Assembly: GCA_937969485.1 (NCBI GenBank)
Contig: CALBVQ010000128.1
Span: forward strand, 1-42,690
Direction: 5' to 3'
From: an uncultured Saprospiraceae bacterium
GTDB taxonomy: Bacteria; Bacteroidota; Bacteroidia; Chitinophagales; Saprospiraceae
Length of the DNA: 42,690 nt
This document shows, one piece after another, positions 9,291 to 17,702 of this stretch. A model generated the notes under the pieces. That model was given only the letters and a program-made list of their open reading frames with translations. It searched no databases and was not told the origin of the DNA. Every line of letters starts with the position of its first letter. Position 1 is the first letter of the stretch. The translations under genes and the position numbers were made by a program.

Positions 9291-9557
9291 CTACACCTTA
9301 CAACCAGGATGATTCGCCGAAAACCCACCAATTGATACTAACCGATCTAGACGAACCAAGTAACCACCTTCGAATTCTACATACTCCACACTATTCTTGG
9401 TGAACCATGTCACAATCCTCGTTTTGAATAGATATTGTTCCGTACTGCTGCCCAATTTTACGGTGACCTTTTCTCCTCGAGTAGCTATTATTTCGATGTG
9501 ATCAATAACTTCACAGGCTACTGGAGTGTAGCTTAGATTTTTCCTTCGATCTTCCAT
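9291..9557 (-). CDS. Rof-like (Rho-binding antiterminator family) small protein
   Basis: An 88-aa ORF. It aligns by eye to E. coli Rof/YaeO: Y-x-P-x-x-C-x-x-x-D-x-x-E (YTPVACEVIDHIE vs YQPINCDDYDNLE) and KN-VEY...RLD (KNSVEYVEFEGGYLVRLDRL vs KNVEYLVVEAAGETRELRLDKI). It overlaps the upstream gene by 25 nt. Confidence 0.5.
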   Translation of the reverse strand: MEDRRKNLSYTPVACEVIDHIEIIATRGEKVTVKLGSSTEQYLFKTRIVTWFTKNSVEYVEFEGGYLVRLDRLVSIGGFSANHPGCKV

Positions 9558-9961
9558 GTGCTGTCAGCTAATAAGGTTGCGTCTGAAATAAATTCATACT
9601 TCAAGTTTTTTCCCCACTCGCTGGGAGAAATCATAGAAAGCACATACTTTTCGTCATCTCGGTAGAGATAGTAGGTGACGCCAATATTGGGTTTGAAATT
9701 GTATTTCGCCTCGTAAATTTTTTCAGAGATATCTATTCGCTCGTGAATGTCGTGAGCTTGATTGATAAGCAGCTCTACCTGTTCCTTGATTTGATTAAGT
9801 CGATCTTCTGTTTGTTGGTACATTGCTTTCATAGCAAGTCCTTTGATTTTCCCTTTGTCAAGTGGCTTTATTATTGCACTTCCCACCGTATGTGCGTAGG
9901 GGAGAAGCCCCGGGTTTTCCGCTATTTTATCCTTGTCTATTGGGTTTACCTTCTTACTCAT
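9533..9961 (-). CDS. Conserved hypothetical protein, possibly the DUF2452-like family (recalled from memory, unverified)
   Basis: I place the start at the ATG at 9961 (MSKKVNPIDKDKIAENPGLLPYAHTVGS...). The ORF-track extension to 10024 begins at a TTG lying in the A/U-tract of the upstream gene's terminator (10023-10055). Confidence 0.6.
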   Translation of the reverse strand: MSKKVNPIDKDKIAENPGLLPYAHTVGSAIIKPLDKGKIKGLAMKAMYQQTEDRLNQIKEQVELLINQAHDIHERIDISEKIYEAKYNFKPNIGVTYYLYRDDEKYVLSMISPSEWGKNLKYEFISDATLLADSTWKIEGKI

Positions 9962-10022
9962 TGATACTAGTTCTAGATTACATAATGTAAAATGAGCTGA
10001 ATAGTTCATTACGAATAGCACC

Positions 10023-10055
10023 AAAAAAAAGGCTACAACTTACGCCATAGCCTTT
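10023..10055 (-). terminator. Rho-independent terminator of the coiled-coil gene
   Basis: Stem AAAGGCTA (10028-10035) / TAGCCTTT (10048-10055). On the minus strand it is followed by the run of T complementary to A8 at 10023-10030. Confidence 0.7.
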
Positions 10056-10064
10056 CTTCTTTTA

Positions 10065-10081
10065 CTTTTGGGCGAAAGCCC
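10065..10081 (+). repeat. CTTTTGGGCGAAAGCCC hairpin motif, an intergenic copy of the recurrent GNRA-hairpin motif
   Basis: GGGC-GAAA-GCCC with the conserved 5' CTTTTGG flank, 16 nt downstream of the coiled-coil gene's stop. See findings for the eight other copies. Confidence 0.6.
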
Positions 10082-10096
10082 TATATTTTTCTTTTT

Positions 10097-11071
10097 TTAC
10101 TTCAACCGAAAGCTTCCAGAACCAGCTTTAAATCCTTTGTTGTACACCTCTACCTCATAGATACCTTTAGAGAATCGTAGTGATGGTTCCCAGTCTAGAC
10201 ATACTTGTCTTACGGCATTAGAGTAGTCAATTGTTCCGGAGTTAGTGTACCGAATTGACTCACCGTCTGCATTAATTAAGATGCCGCTTCCTAGGTCTTC
10301 AATTACCATAGTTTCACCAAGAGGGTCAATAATTCTCAAGTAGAATTCCTCTTCTTCCTGATCAGTCACAAGGTTAGCTTCTGTAGTGAAACACACACTT
10401 ACTCTATCCACATATTTAGCGTATTTTCTTTGAGCAAGGTCTCCGTTTTTATTCACCTTATAACCTGTTCCTATGAGATTATTTACCTTGACAACAGACG
10501 CTATATTTACTTTGTTACTTAAGAAATCTCGCTCTTTCGATAATTTCTTATTGTAAACTTCTAGTTCAACTTTCTTGGCAATTAGCTCCTCATTTTCTTC
10601 GGATGTTCTTGCCACTCTTTGCGTAAGGACTTCTTTTTCCACGGTAAGAGTAGAGTTGGCTTCCGCCAAAAGAGCATTTTCTTCTTTTAGTTGCATCACT
10701 TCACTCAAGTATTTAGCTCCCATTTCTTCAAGTGCTGCGATCTCCTTCTTAGCTTCATTAAGCTTTCCTTTGGTCCACAAAAGACCGCTTATTTTCTCTT
10801 TTTGTTTAGATAGCTGACCTTTTTGCTCCTCAATTAAAGCATTAAGTTCTGTGTTATCCGATTTCATTTCATCTAGTCTTTCGCTCACATCTTCGTACGA
10901 AAGCTGCAAATCTTGAGATACGCTTTGCGCCTCTTCCACCATGGTCTTATATTGGCTATTGGAGTCAGCTAATTGTGATCGATCAAAGGCTAGATATCCT
11001 GATATTCCTAGTAAGACTAATAGTGCTGTAACTAAGAATGGTACACTCTTTTTCTGATTTGAATTTGTCAT
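10097..11071 (-). CDS. Membrane-anchored coiled-coil protein with a C-terminal beta-rich domain (hypothetical)
   Basis: 324-aa ORF with an N-terminal TM helix (VPFLVTALLVLLGISGYLAF). About 170 aa is heptad-rich and E/K/L-rich. The C-terminal ~130 aa globular region has no recognised family. Confidence 0.7.
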   Translation of the reverse strand: MTNSNQKKSVPFLVTALLVLLGISGYLAFDRSQLADSNSQYKTMVEEAQSVSQDLQLSYEDVSERLDEMKSDNTELNALIEEQKGQLSKQKEKISGLLWTKGKLNEAKKEIAALEEMGAKYLSEVMQLKEENALLAEANSTLTVEKEVLTQRVARTSEENEELIAKKVELEVYNKKLSKERDFLSNKVNIASVVKVNNLIGTGYKVNKNGDLAQRKYAKYVDRVSVCFTTEANLVTDQEEEEFYLRIIDPLGETMVIEDLGSGILINADGESIRYTNSGTIDYSNAVRQVCLDWEPSLRFSKGIYEVEVYNKGFKAGSGSFRLK

Positions 11072-11291
11072 CTTAAAAATTTTAACTTGTTAGTAAATCA
11101 AGTAACTTTTCTACATATTGTTGTTTATGGGTTATGTAACGCTTGGTGTTTACATTAAATTATGTAATGCAAAAATCATGCTAAAATCGATATTCTACTT
11201 TTTTCTACCGAAGGCACTGCTCTATAGAGTCTATGTAATTATGAATTGCTGCTTTTAATTTTATAAGCACAAAAAAGTAAGATGAGATCAC

Positions 11292-11299
11292 TACCTTTG
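11292..11299 (+). promoter_or_regulatory. -7 promoter box TACCTTTG upstream of rpe
   Basis: Exact TAnnTTTG match, 19 nt upstream of the ATG at 11318. It lies inside the ORF-track N-terminal extension, which argues for the 11318 start. Confidence 0.4.
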
Positions 11300-11317
11300 A
11301 GGCAAAATTTTAAAAAT

Positions 11318-11989
11318 ATGAGCCACTATATTGCTCCATCAATCTTGGCAGCAGATTTTACTAATCTGGAACAGGATATAAAAATGATCAACGGCAGTGA
11401 AGCTGACTACCTTCATGTTGATGTTATGGATGGTGTTTTTGTACCTGCCATTTCGTTTGGGCAGAATATTGTAAAACAGATGCATGCAAAATCTTCAAAG
11501 CCACTTGATGTGCACCTTATGATTGTTGACCCTGATCGATATATCAAGGATTTTGCCGATGCCGGAGCAGAAATAATAACAGTGCATTACGAAGCTTGTA
11601 ATCATTTGCATAGAACGTTACAACTAATAAAATCGCTAGGCTGCAAGGCTGGAGTAGCAATAAATCCACACACAGCTCCTGAGCTTCTCGAATGTATCCT
11701 TGAAGATCTTGATCTTATATGTGTGATGAGTGTGAATCCAGGATTTGGAGGACAGAAATTCATATACAATACGATACAGAAGCTGCAGTATTTAAGCTCG
11801 AAAATAAGAGATAGGAATCTGAAAACACTTCTTGAAGTTGATGGAGGGGTAGGTTTGCAAAACGCTGAAAAGATACTTCAGGCTGGAGCTAATATGTTGG
11901 TTGCAGGAAGTGCTGTTTTCAAGTCGGAAAGTCCTCAAGATACCATTTCTCAACTAAAAGGTATTGGTAACCATACTTTACACGCGTAA
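11318..11989 (+). CDS. rpe: Ribulose-phosphate 3-epimerase
   Basis: Motifs IAPSILAADF, LHVDVMDGVFVP, VHLMI, MSVNPGFGGQKF and EVDGG. I place the start at MSHYIAPS. Confidence 0.93.
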   Translation: MSHYIAPSILAADFTNLEQDIKMINGSEADYLHVDVMDGVFVPAISFGQNIVKQMHAKSSKPLDVHLMIVDPDRYIKDFADAGAEIITVHYEACNHLHRTLQLIKSLGCKAGVAINPHTAPELLECILEDLDLICVMSVNPGFGGQKFIYNTIQKLQYLSSKIRDRNLKTLLEVDGGVGLQNAEKILQAGANMLVAGSAVFKSESPQDTISQLKGIGNHTLHA

Positions 11990-12005
11990 TTGACGTTGTT
12001 AGCCT

Positions 12006-14507
12006 GTGATAAGAATTATACTATCTTCGATTTTTTGTTTCCTTTTTGTTTGGGCTTCCGCCCAAAGTTCTTCGCTTAGTGGAACTGTAATTGATGCCTC
12101 AACTAACAAAGGGGTAGACCTCGTTACGGTTTACATCGAATCATCGAAGCAGGCGGTGGAGTCGGACGAACAAGGCCGTTTCAAAATAGAAGTCGAAGCT
12201 GGAAAGGAGATTGAATTAGCATTTAAAAGACTAGGTTATGCTGACAAAACCATAAGCGTTGCAGCAACGCCAGCAGGTATTACACGAAGAATAGAAGTGC
12301 TTTTAATTCCAGAAAATTTCGATCTGAATATTATTGTGAAAGATAGTAGGATCCGAGATCTAGGCATGGTCAGAGAAGAGACTGCTGAAATTAAGTTGCT
12401 TCCTAGTGTTACTGGAAACTTAGAAAGTGCACTTCCTAGTATCGCCCTAGGGGTAAATGCAGGAAGTGGAGGAGAATTGACTTCTCAATACAATGTAAGG
12501 GGAGGGAACTACGATGAAAATCTGATTTATGTTAATGACTTCGAGATATTTCGACCACAATTGATTCGAAGTGGGCAACAAGAAGGACTTACTTTTCCCA
12601 ATATTGATCTTATTCAAGATTTATCTTTTTCTTCTGGTGGATTTGAATCGAAGTACGGTGATAAGTTGAGTTCCGTACTCGACGTAAGGTATAAAAGGCC
12701 TCAATCATCTCAAAGCTCCATAACTGCTTCACTTTTGGGCGCAAGCCTTCACACCGAAGGTGCTCAGCGTTTTGCTGGTAAAGATTTTACCTACCTCATC
12801 GGCGCACGATACAAGACTAACGCCTACTTACTGAATTCTCTCGAGATAGCAGGTGAATATCAACCCAATCACGGTGATATTCAAGCCTACCTGACCTATG
12901 ATCTCACTGATGATTTACAGCTTGACTTTATAGGTAACTACAATATTTCACAATATAACCTTGTGCCGGAGTCGGGTAGAAGAGCTGTGGGACTGATCGA
13001 TTTAGCTATCCAATTAACAACTGCATATGAAGGAGCTGAGCGAGATCAATTTAGAAATGCGATGGCGGGACTGGCATTAAATTACTTGCCGGATCGAAAG
13101 AAGAATCCGTACTACCTTAAGTTTTTGACATCCGTGTACAGCAGCCGAGAGACAGAAGGCATAGATATCATAGGTCGTTATCGGCTTAGTCAGATAGAAA
13201 CCTCACTAGGAGCTGAAAATGCTGGTGAAGAAGTGGCTTTGCTAGGTGTGGGAACTCAGCATTTACATGCAAGAAATCAGCTTCAAGGGAACATAATTAA
13301 CTACCAACATAAGGGTGGATACGAAATTCAGTTGACAGAAAATGGCTCAAAAAGTCATTTTGTTCAATGGGGAGCTAAAATTCAACATGAGCTTTTTAAT
13401 GATAATTTGAAAGAGTGGGAGAGGCTCGATTCTGCTGGATATTCGGTCCCATTCAGTGAATCTGCCGTGCTATTTCAACAGTACGTAAAGACAGAAAATA
13501 CGATAAGATCGACACGTTTTAACGCGCATGTCCAAGACACCTATACATTACAAAATGAGAAGACAGAGTTGCGTGTAACAGGTGGTCTAAGAGCTGCGTA
13601 CTGGACGTATAATGAGGAGTTTTTTGTTACGCCTAGGTTTCAGGCTCTGTACAAACCACTATTGTGGAAGAAGAACGTAAGTTTCAAGTTGGCAACTGGA
13701 TTATATTATCAACCAGGGTTCTATCGTGAATTCAGAAGGCTAGACGGAACATTGAATGAGGACATTCGTGCGCAGAAGTCCTTTCATGTTGTAGGTGGGT
13801 TGACTTATGACTTCGATTGGAAGAAGGTGAGTGATTCTCCTTTCAAAATGATTTCTGAGGTCTACTATAAACGACTTTGGGATGTGATATCATACGATCT
13901 TGATAATGTAAGAATACGTTACAGCGGAGAGAATGATGGAGACGGATATGTGATTGGTTGGGATACTAGATTGAATGGAGAATTTGTTCCAGGTGCAGAA
14001 TCTTGGGTAAATCTTTCGATCCTTCAAGCAAGGGAGCGACTAGATAGTATTGATCATAAAGGATTTAGAGGCTTCGACATTATAGATCGGACTTTTGTGC
14101 CAAGACCAACTGACCAACTTGTATTTGTTAACCTATTTTTTCAAGATTATTTGCCTTCCAACGAAAATTTCAAAGCACATTTCTTACTCGCATTCGGAAG
14201 TGGAATTGCATATGGAATACAAGGGAATAATGAAGTATTCAGAAATGCATACAGGTATCCTTCATACAAGCGAATTGATGTTGGATTTTCTTACAGATTA
14301 TGGGATTCACAGTGGCTAGGTTCTAAACCAAAACATCCGTTACGATGGACTAGAAATGCCTGGGTGAGTCTAGAGGCGTTCAATTTATTGGGTATACAAA
14401 ATGTTGCTTCCACTACTTGGATCAAGAGTATCTACAACGTTTCTTATTCCATTCCGAATCGCCTCACATCTCGAAGAATTAACCTCAGATTTAGAATAGA
14501 TATTTAG
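12006..14507 (+). CDS. CarboxypepD_reg-domain TonB-dependent receptor-like outer-membrane protein
   Basis: 833-aa ORF with a GTG start. The signal peptide ends in WASAQ. LSGTVIDASTNKGVDLVTVYIE...GRFKIEV is a CarboxypepD_reg fold. A plug-like region reads YNVRGGNYDENLIYVNDFEIFRP. The C-terminal beta-barrel ends ...RINLRFRIDI. Confidence 0.8.
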   Translation: MIRIILSSIFCFLFVWASAQSSSLSGTVIDASTNKGVDLVTVYIESSKQAVESDEQGRFKIEVEAGKEIELAFKRLGYADKTISVAATPAGITRRIEVLLIPENFDLNIIVKDSRIRDLGMVREETAEIKLLPSVTGNLESALPSIALGVNAGSGGELTSQYNVRGGNYDENLIYVNDFEIFRPQLIRSGQQEGLTFPNIDLIQDLSFSSGGFESKYGDKLSSVLDVRYKRPQSSQSSITASLLGASLHTEGAQRFAGKDFTYLIGARYKTNAYLLNSLEIAGEYQPNHGDIQAYLTYDLTDDLQLDFIGNYNISQYNLVPESGRRAVGLIDLAIQLTTAYEGAERDQFRNAMAGLALNYLPDRKKNPYYLKFLTSVYSSRETEGIDIIGRYRLSQIETSLGAENAGEEVALLGVGTQHLHARNQLQGNIINYQHKGGYEIQLTENGSKSHFVQWGAKIQHELFNDNLKEWERLDSAGYSVPFSESAVLFQQYVKTENTIRSTRFNAHVQDTYTLQNEKTELRVTGGLRAAYWTYNEEFFVTPRFQALYKPLLWKKNVSFKLATGLYYQPGFYREFRRLDGTLNEDIRAQKSFHVVGGLTYDFDWKKVSDSPFKMISEVYYKRLWDVISYDLDNVRIRYSGENDGDGYVIGWDTRLNGEFVPGAESWVNLSILQARERLDSIDHKGFRGFDIIDRTFVPRPTDQLVFVNLFFQDYLPSNENFKAHFLLAFGSGIAYGIQGNNEVFRNAYRYPSYKRIDVGFSYRLWDSQWLGSKPKHPLRWTRNAWVSLEAFNLLGIQNVASTTWIKSIYNVSYSIPNRLTSRRINLRFRIDI

Positions 14508-14510
14508 GAA

Positions 14511-15719
14511 TTACTCGCTTTCGTCAGCCTTACTCAAGTACCCAGCGAGATGAGCTGCCATGGAGTAACACGCTTGTAACAGAAATCCCCCAGTACGTGT
14601 ATCCCAGTCAACCATTTCACCTATACAAAACGTGTTAGGACGCTTTTTTAGTTCGAAATTATCATCAACTTCATCAACATCAATTCCCCCTGAGCTACTG
14701 ATTGCCTCTTCAATAGGACGGAAACTTTCAAACGAGATAGGTAACTTTTTCAAGTAAAACCCGATCATCTCCACATTCCAATGTTCTCTTGGGACAGTTG
14801 CTTTTAATAGGCTAATTGCAGCCTTCGAGAATTTTAATTGCTTTAGTATTCTAGATAAAGTATCAGATCTAAATTTTAGTTTGTTAGCTAATTTTTCTTC
14901 TGTCCACTGAGGCTTAAGGTCAATAAATACAGTATGTGTTTCTAGTTCTTTTTCACGAGAATTTCTAGAGAGTAGTGTTGAAATGGGATAAATGGCATTG
15001 CCCTCTAGACCTGTTGAAGTGATATTAAATTCACCCAAGATAACTTGATCGTTGTAAGAAATGGAAATATTTTTGATGGCTTCACCTTGATGAAAATTGC
15101 AAAAGTCAGCATATGAGGATGGAAGAACCAGTCCACAATTAGCTGGTTGGAAGGCATGTGTTTTTACATCGATCTCATGGAAGGCTTTTAGCCATTCACC
15201 TTTGGAACCAGTGATTGTCCACGATGCGCCCCCCAAGGCGAAGACATGAAAATCCGCTTCAACAATACGTTCCTCATCCGCACCTTTGACTCGGACACCT
15301 TTTGGGGTAAACCCCACAAAATCGCAGTCGAAGTTAATATTTGTACCAGCAGGAAAATAATCTTTAAAAGCTTGTAGAACTTCAATTGGTTTCATCCCTT
15401 TTTTTGGAAAAATTCTCCGCGAGGACCCAGTGTAAGTAGGGATCTTGGCTTTTGTTAAGAAATCTACGAATTCTTTATTGTCATAGGTCTTGAGTTTTTC
15501 TTGAAGAACTGCTTGAGGCAAATAGTAAGGAGGGAGTTGTTCCGGTGGGCAATCATTCGTAAGATTGAATCCACCTTTGCCAGCTACCAAAAATTTTCTA
15601 CCCAGGGTTGATTTATTGGTAAATACATTAAATGTATAAGAATCTTGGTCACGCATTTTTGCTAAGAAAAAGATAGTTGCAGCTCCGCCTCCGTAGATAT
15701 TGATAACTTTTTTGCTCAT
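14511..15719 (-). CDS. HI0933/BaiN-like NAD(P)/FAD-dependent flavoprotein (TIGR03862-like)
   Basis: 402-aa ORF with an N-terminal Rossmann motif (INIYGGGAATIFFLA), plus VAGKGGFNLTN and a C-terminal GEMVDWDTRTGGFLLQ motif typical of the family. Confidence 0.75.
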   Translation of the reverse strand: MSKKVINIYGGGAATIFFLAKMRDQDSYTFNVFTNKSTLGRKFLVAGKGGFNLTNDCPPEQLPPYYLPQAVLQEKLKTYDNKEFVDFLTKAKIPTYTGSSRRIFPKKGMKPIEVLQAFKDYFPAGTNINFDCDFVGFTPKGVRVKGADEERIVEADFHVFALGGASWTITGSKGEWLKAFHEIDVKTHAFQPANCGLVLPSSYADFCNFHQGEAIKNISISYNDQVILGEFNITSTGLEGNAIYPISTLLSRNSREKELETHTVFIDLKPQWTEEKLANKLKFRSDTLSRILKQLKFSKAAISLLKATVPREHWNVEMIGFYLKKLPISFESFRPIEEAISSSGGIDVDEVDDNFELKKRPNTFCIGEMVDWDTRTGGFLLQACYSMAAHLAGYLSKADESE

Positions 15720-15818
15720 GGGCGAAAGTTAAATGGTATTAATGTCATTTGAAAACATATCTGCTTTTAATTTATTTTGTAGATTCGTTTCTCAATTGAA
15801 AAACCAAAATCAGAAAGG

Positions 15819-17270
15819 ATGAAGTCAATTTTCGTAGTGCTATTTGCAATTTTAAGTCTATCCATAAATGCTCAAGATTTATGTGGTACAGAAGATCCTG
15901 AGACACATACGATGCCTAGCCAAAAAGACATTCAGGCAGAAATCTTGAGATTACAAAATGCAGACAAGATGGAGCCGCGCATTTTCATGGTTACTGCACA
16001 TATTATAAAGTCAAGTACGGGGAATTTCGGTTTATCTCAGACTCAGTTTGAAGAAGCAATGGCTAAAATGAATGCTGATTACGCACCTATGAATATCCGT
16101 TTCGAACTATGCGGAGACGTGAATGAGATCAGAAACACGGCTTATGTAACCGTAGATGCAGAGGAGGCTCCTTACTTGGTTGCAGATTTTAATGTCCCTA
16201 ATACGATCAATATTTACTTCATCCCCAATGTGTTAAATGGCAATGGAGATAATATCTGTGGAAACGCTAATTTCACTTCGACTAATAAGAGTTCTAGACG
16301 AATATTTATGCAAAATAATTGTGTTTCCAATGGATCTACGTTGTCACACGAAATGGGACATTTCTTCGATCTATTGCATACACATTCTACATTTTATGGC
16401 CCGGAACTCGTGCTAAGAATTGGTTGTGAAAATAGTGGAGATGGATTTTGCGATACTCCTGCCGATCCTCGCCTGTCAGGGTTAGTTAACGGAGCATGCG
16501 AGTATACGGGGACGGAGGTAGATGAATTTGGGATTGCTTATGAGCCAGATCCTACCTTGTTCATGAGTTACTCTCTGAAGGAGTGCCGAACAGTCTTCAC
16601 ACCTGAACAGCAAGCGATGGTGAGTTTAACCGCAAGCGGTGCAAACGACTATTTATTCTCAGAGTGTGTAGAACTAGACTTTGTACTACAAGACGAAGGG
16701 GAATCCATAAAAGTTGAAAGTTTTGCAGATGCTGAAGGTTCATTTACTATTCAATCCATTGCTCAATTGAATTCCTATGATGTAAGTTACGAGGTTGCAG
16801 CACTTGATAAGTGGGGAGGTGAGACCGTTGTTGATGCAGGTTCAGTGCTTGTAGATGCAGGTGATGAAGTTGAAGTAGGATTTTCTCTGCCCTTCGATGA
16901 TAATTTTTACAGGTATGAGAAGATAAGAATAAAGCTAGATGAGGGAAATTCATGGATTGAAACTGATGAAGAAAACAACGAGATTGTACTGGGTATTGAT
17001 CACAATTATGTTCGTGAAGATGCTGTACTAATTTTTCCTCAACCTGCTGCAGACGAGTTAAACATTTACTTAAATAGACCAGGGTTTAGTGACGTAGAAA
17101 TAAGAGTTTATAATAATTCAGGCCAGTTAGTGATTGAAGATTCATTCCGGAAAACCTTATCTATTTTTAATAAAGCATACGATGTAAGTAACTTTTTGTC
17201 TGGAGTGTATTACATTGTGATACAGCATGATACAGGCGATGTAGAGACAGCTAAGTTTGTGAAAATTTAG
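15819..17270 (+). CDS. Secreted zinc metalloprotease (metzincin, M43/pappalysin-like) with a T9SS type A CTD
   Basis: Signal peptide, zinc site HEMGHFFDLLHTH (HExxHxxxxxH), and the CTD LIFPQPAADELNIYLN...GVYYIVIQHD...AKFVKI. Confidence 0.85.
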   Translation: MKSIFVVLFAILSLSINAQDLCGTEDPETHTMPSQKDIQAEILRLQNADKMEPRIFMVTAHIIKSSTGNFGLSQTQFEEAMAKMNADYAPMNIRFELCGDVNEIRNTAYVTVDAEEAPYLVADFNVPNTINIYFIPNVLNGNGDNICGNANFTSTNKSSRRIFMQNNCVSNGSTLSHEMGHFFDLLHTHSTFYGPELVLRIGCENSGDGFCDTPADPRLSGLVNGACEYTGTEVDEFGIAYEPDPTLFMSYSLKECRTVFTPEQQAMVSLTASGANDYLFSECVELDFVLQDEGESIKVESFADAEGSFTIQSIAQLNSYDVSYEVAALDKWGGETVVDAGSVLVDAGDEVEVGFSLPFDDNFYRYEKIRIKLDEGNSWIETDEENNEIVLGIDHNYVREDAVLIFPQPAADELNIYLNRPGFSDVEIRVYNNSGQLVIEDSFRKTLSIFNKAYDVSNFLSGVYYIVIQHDTGDVETAKFVKI

Positions 17271-17702
17271 CAGAATTACCTATAATTTCACTTCTGGATA
17301 AAGCTACCGGTCAGATTTGTGCTAAATTATCAATTCTGATTATTGGCTTACCCGTTGTGTTTCGACGTTGTTGCACCTCAGACTATGTCATGTTTTGCTT
17401 CTTCGATGATCTTTCATTCCGACGCCCTTTCTGCGAGATAGCCTGTCAACCGCTGTCGCAGTTCACTCCCTTGAAGCGCTTTCGCACTGCCCTCTGCTAA
17501 ATGGGTGGTTCCTTCAATAAATCATTTAGGAAATCCTAAAACATAATTGTATTAAAAGTGCTGGGAATTTTATCAGTAAATCTACTCTATGCCGTACTGC
17601 CTTTTTCTACTCCAGATTAGTATTCGGCAGATTCTTGGAAATGTTTGTTTATAAGTTGGTAATGAAGAAATTGAATCGGAAATATTTTCCACCTTTGCTA
17701 TT

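Noticed and set aside
17271-17702. Possible tmRNA, riboswitch, RNase P or SRP RNA in the GC-rich spacer
   Set aside because: I found no tRNA-like T-arm (GGTTCGAATCC or its complement), no tag-ORF ending in ALAA, no GAGGAAAGTCC (RNase P), no SRP GGAA/AGCA motif, and no B12, TPP or FMN boxes. It is kept only as an unexplained structured region.
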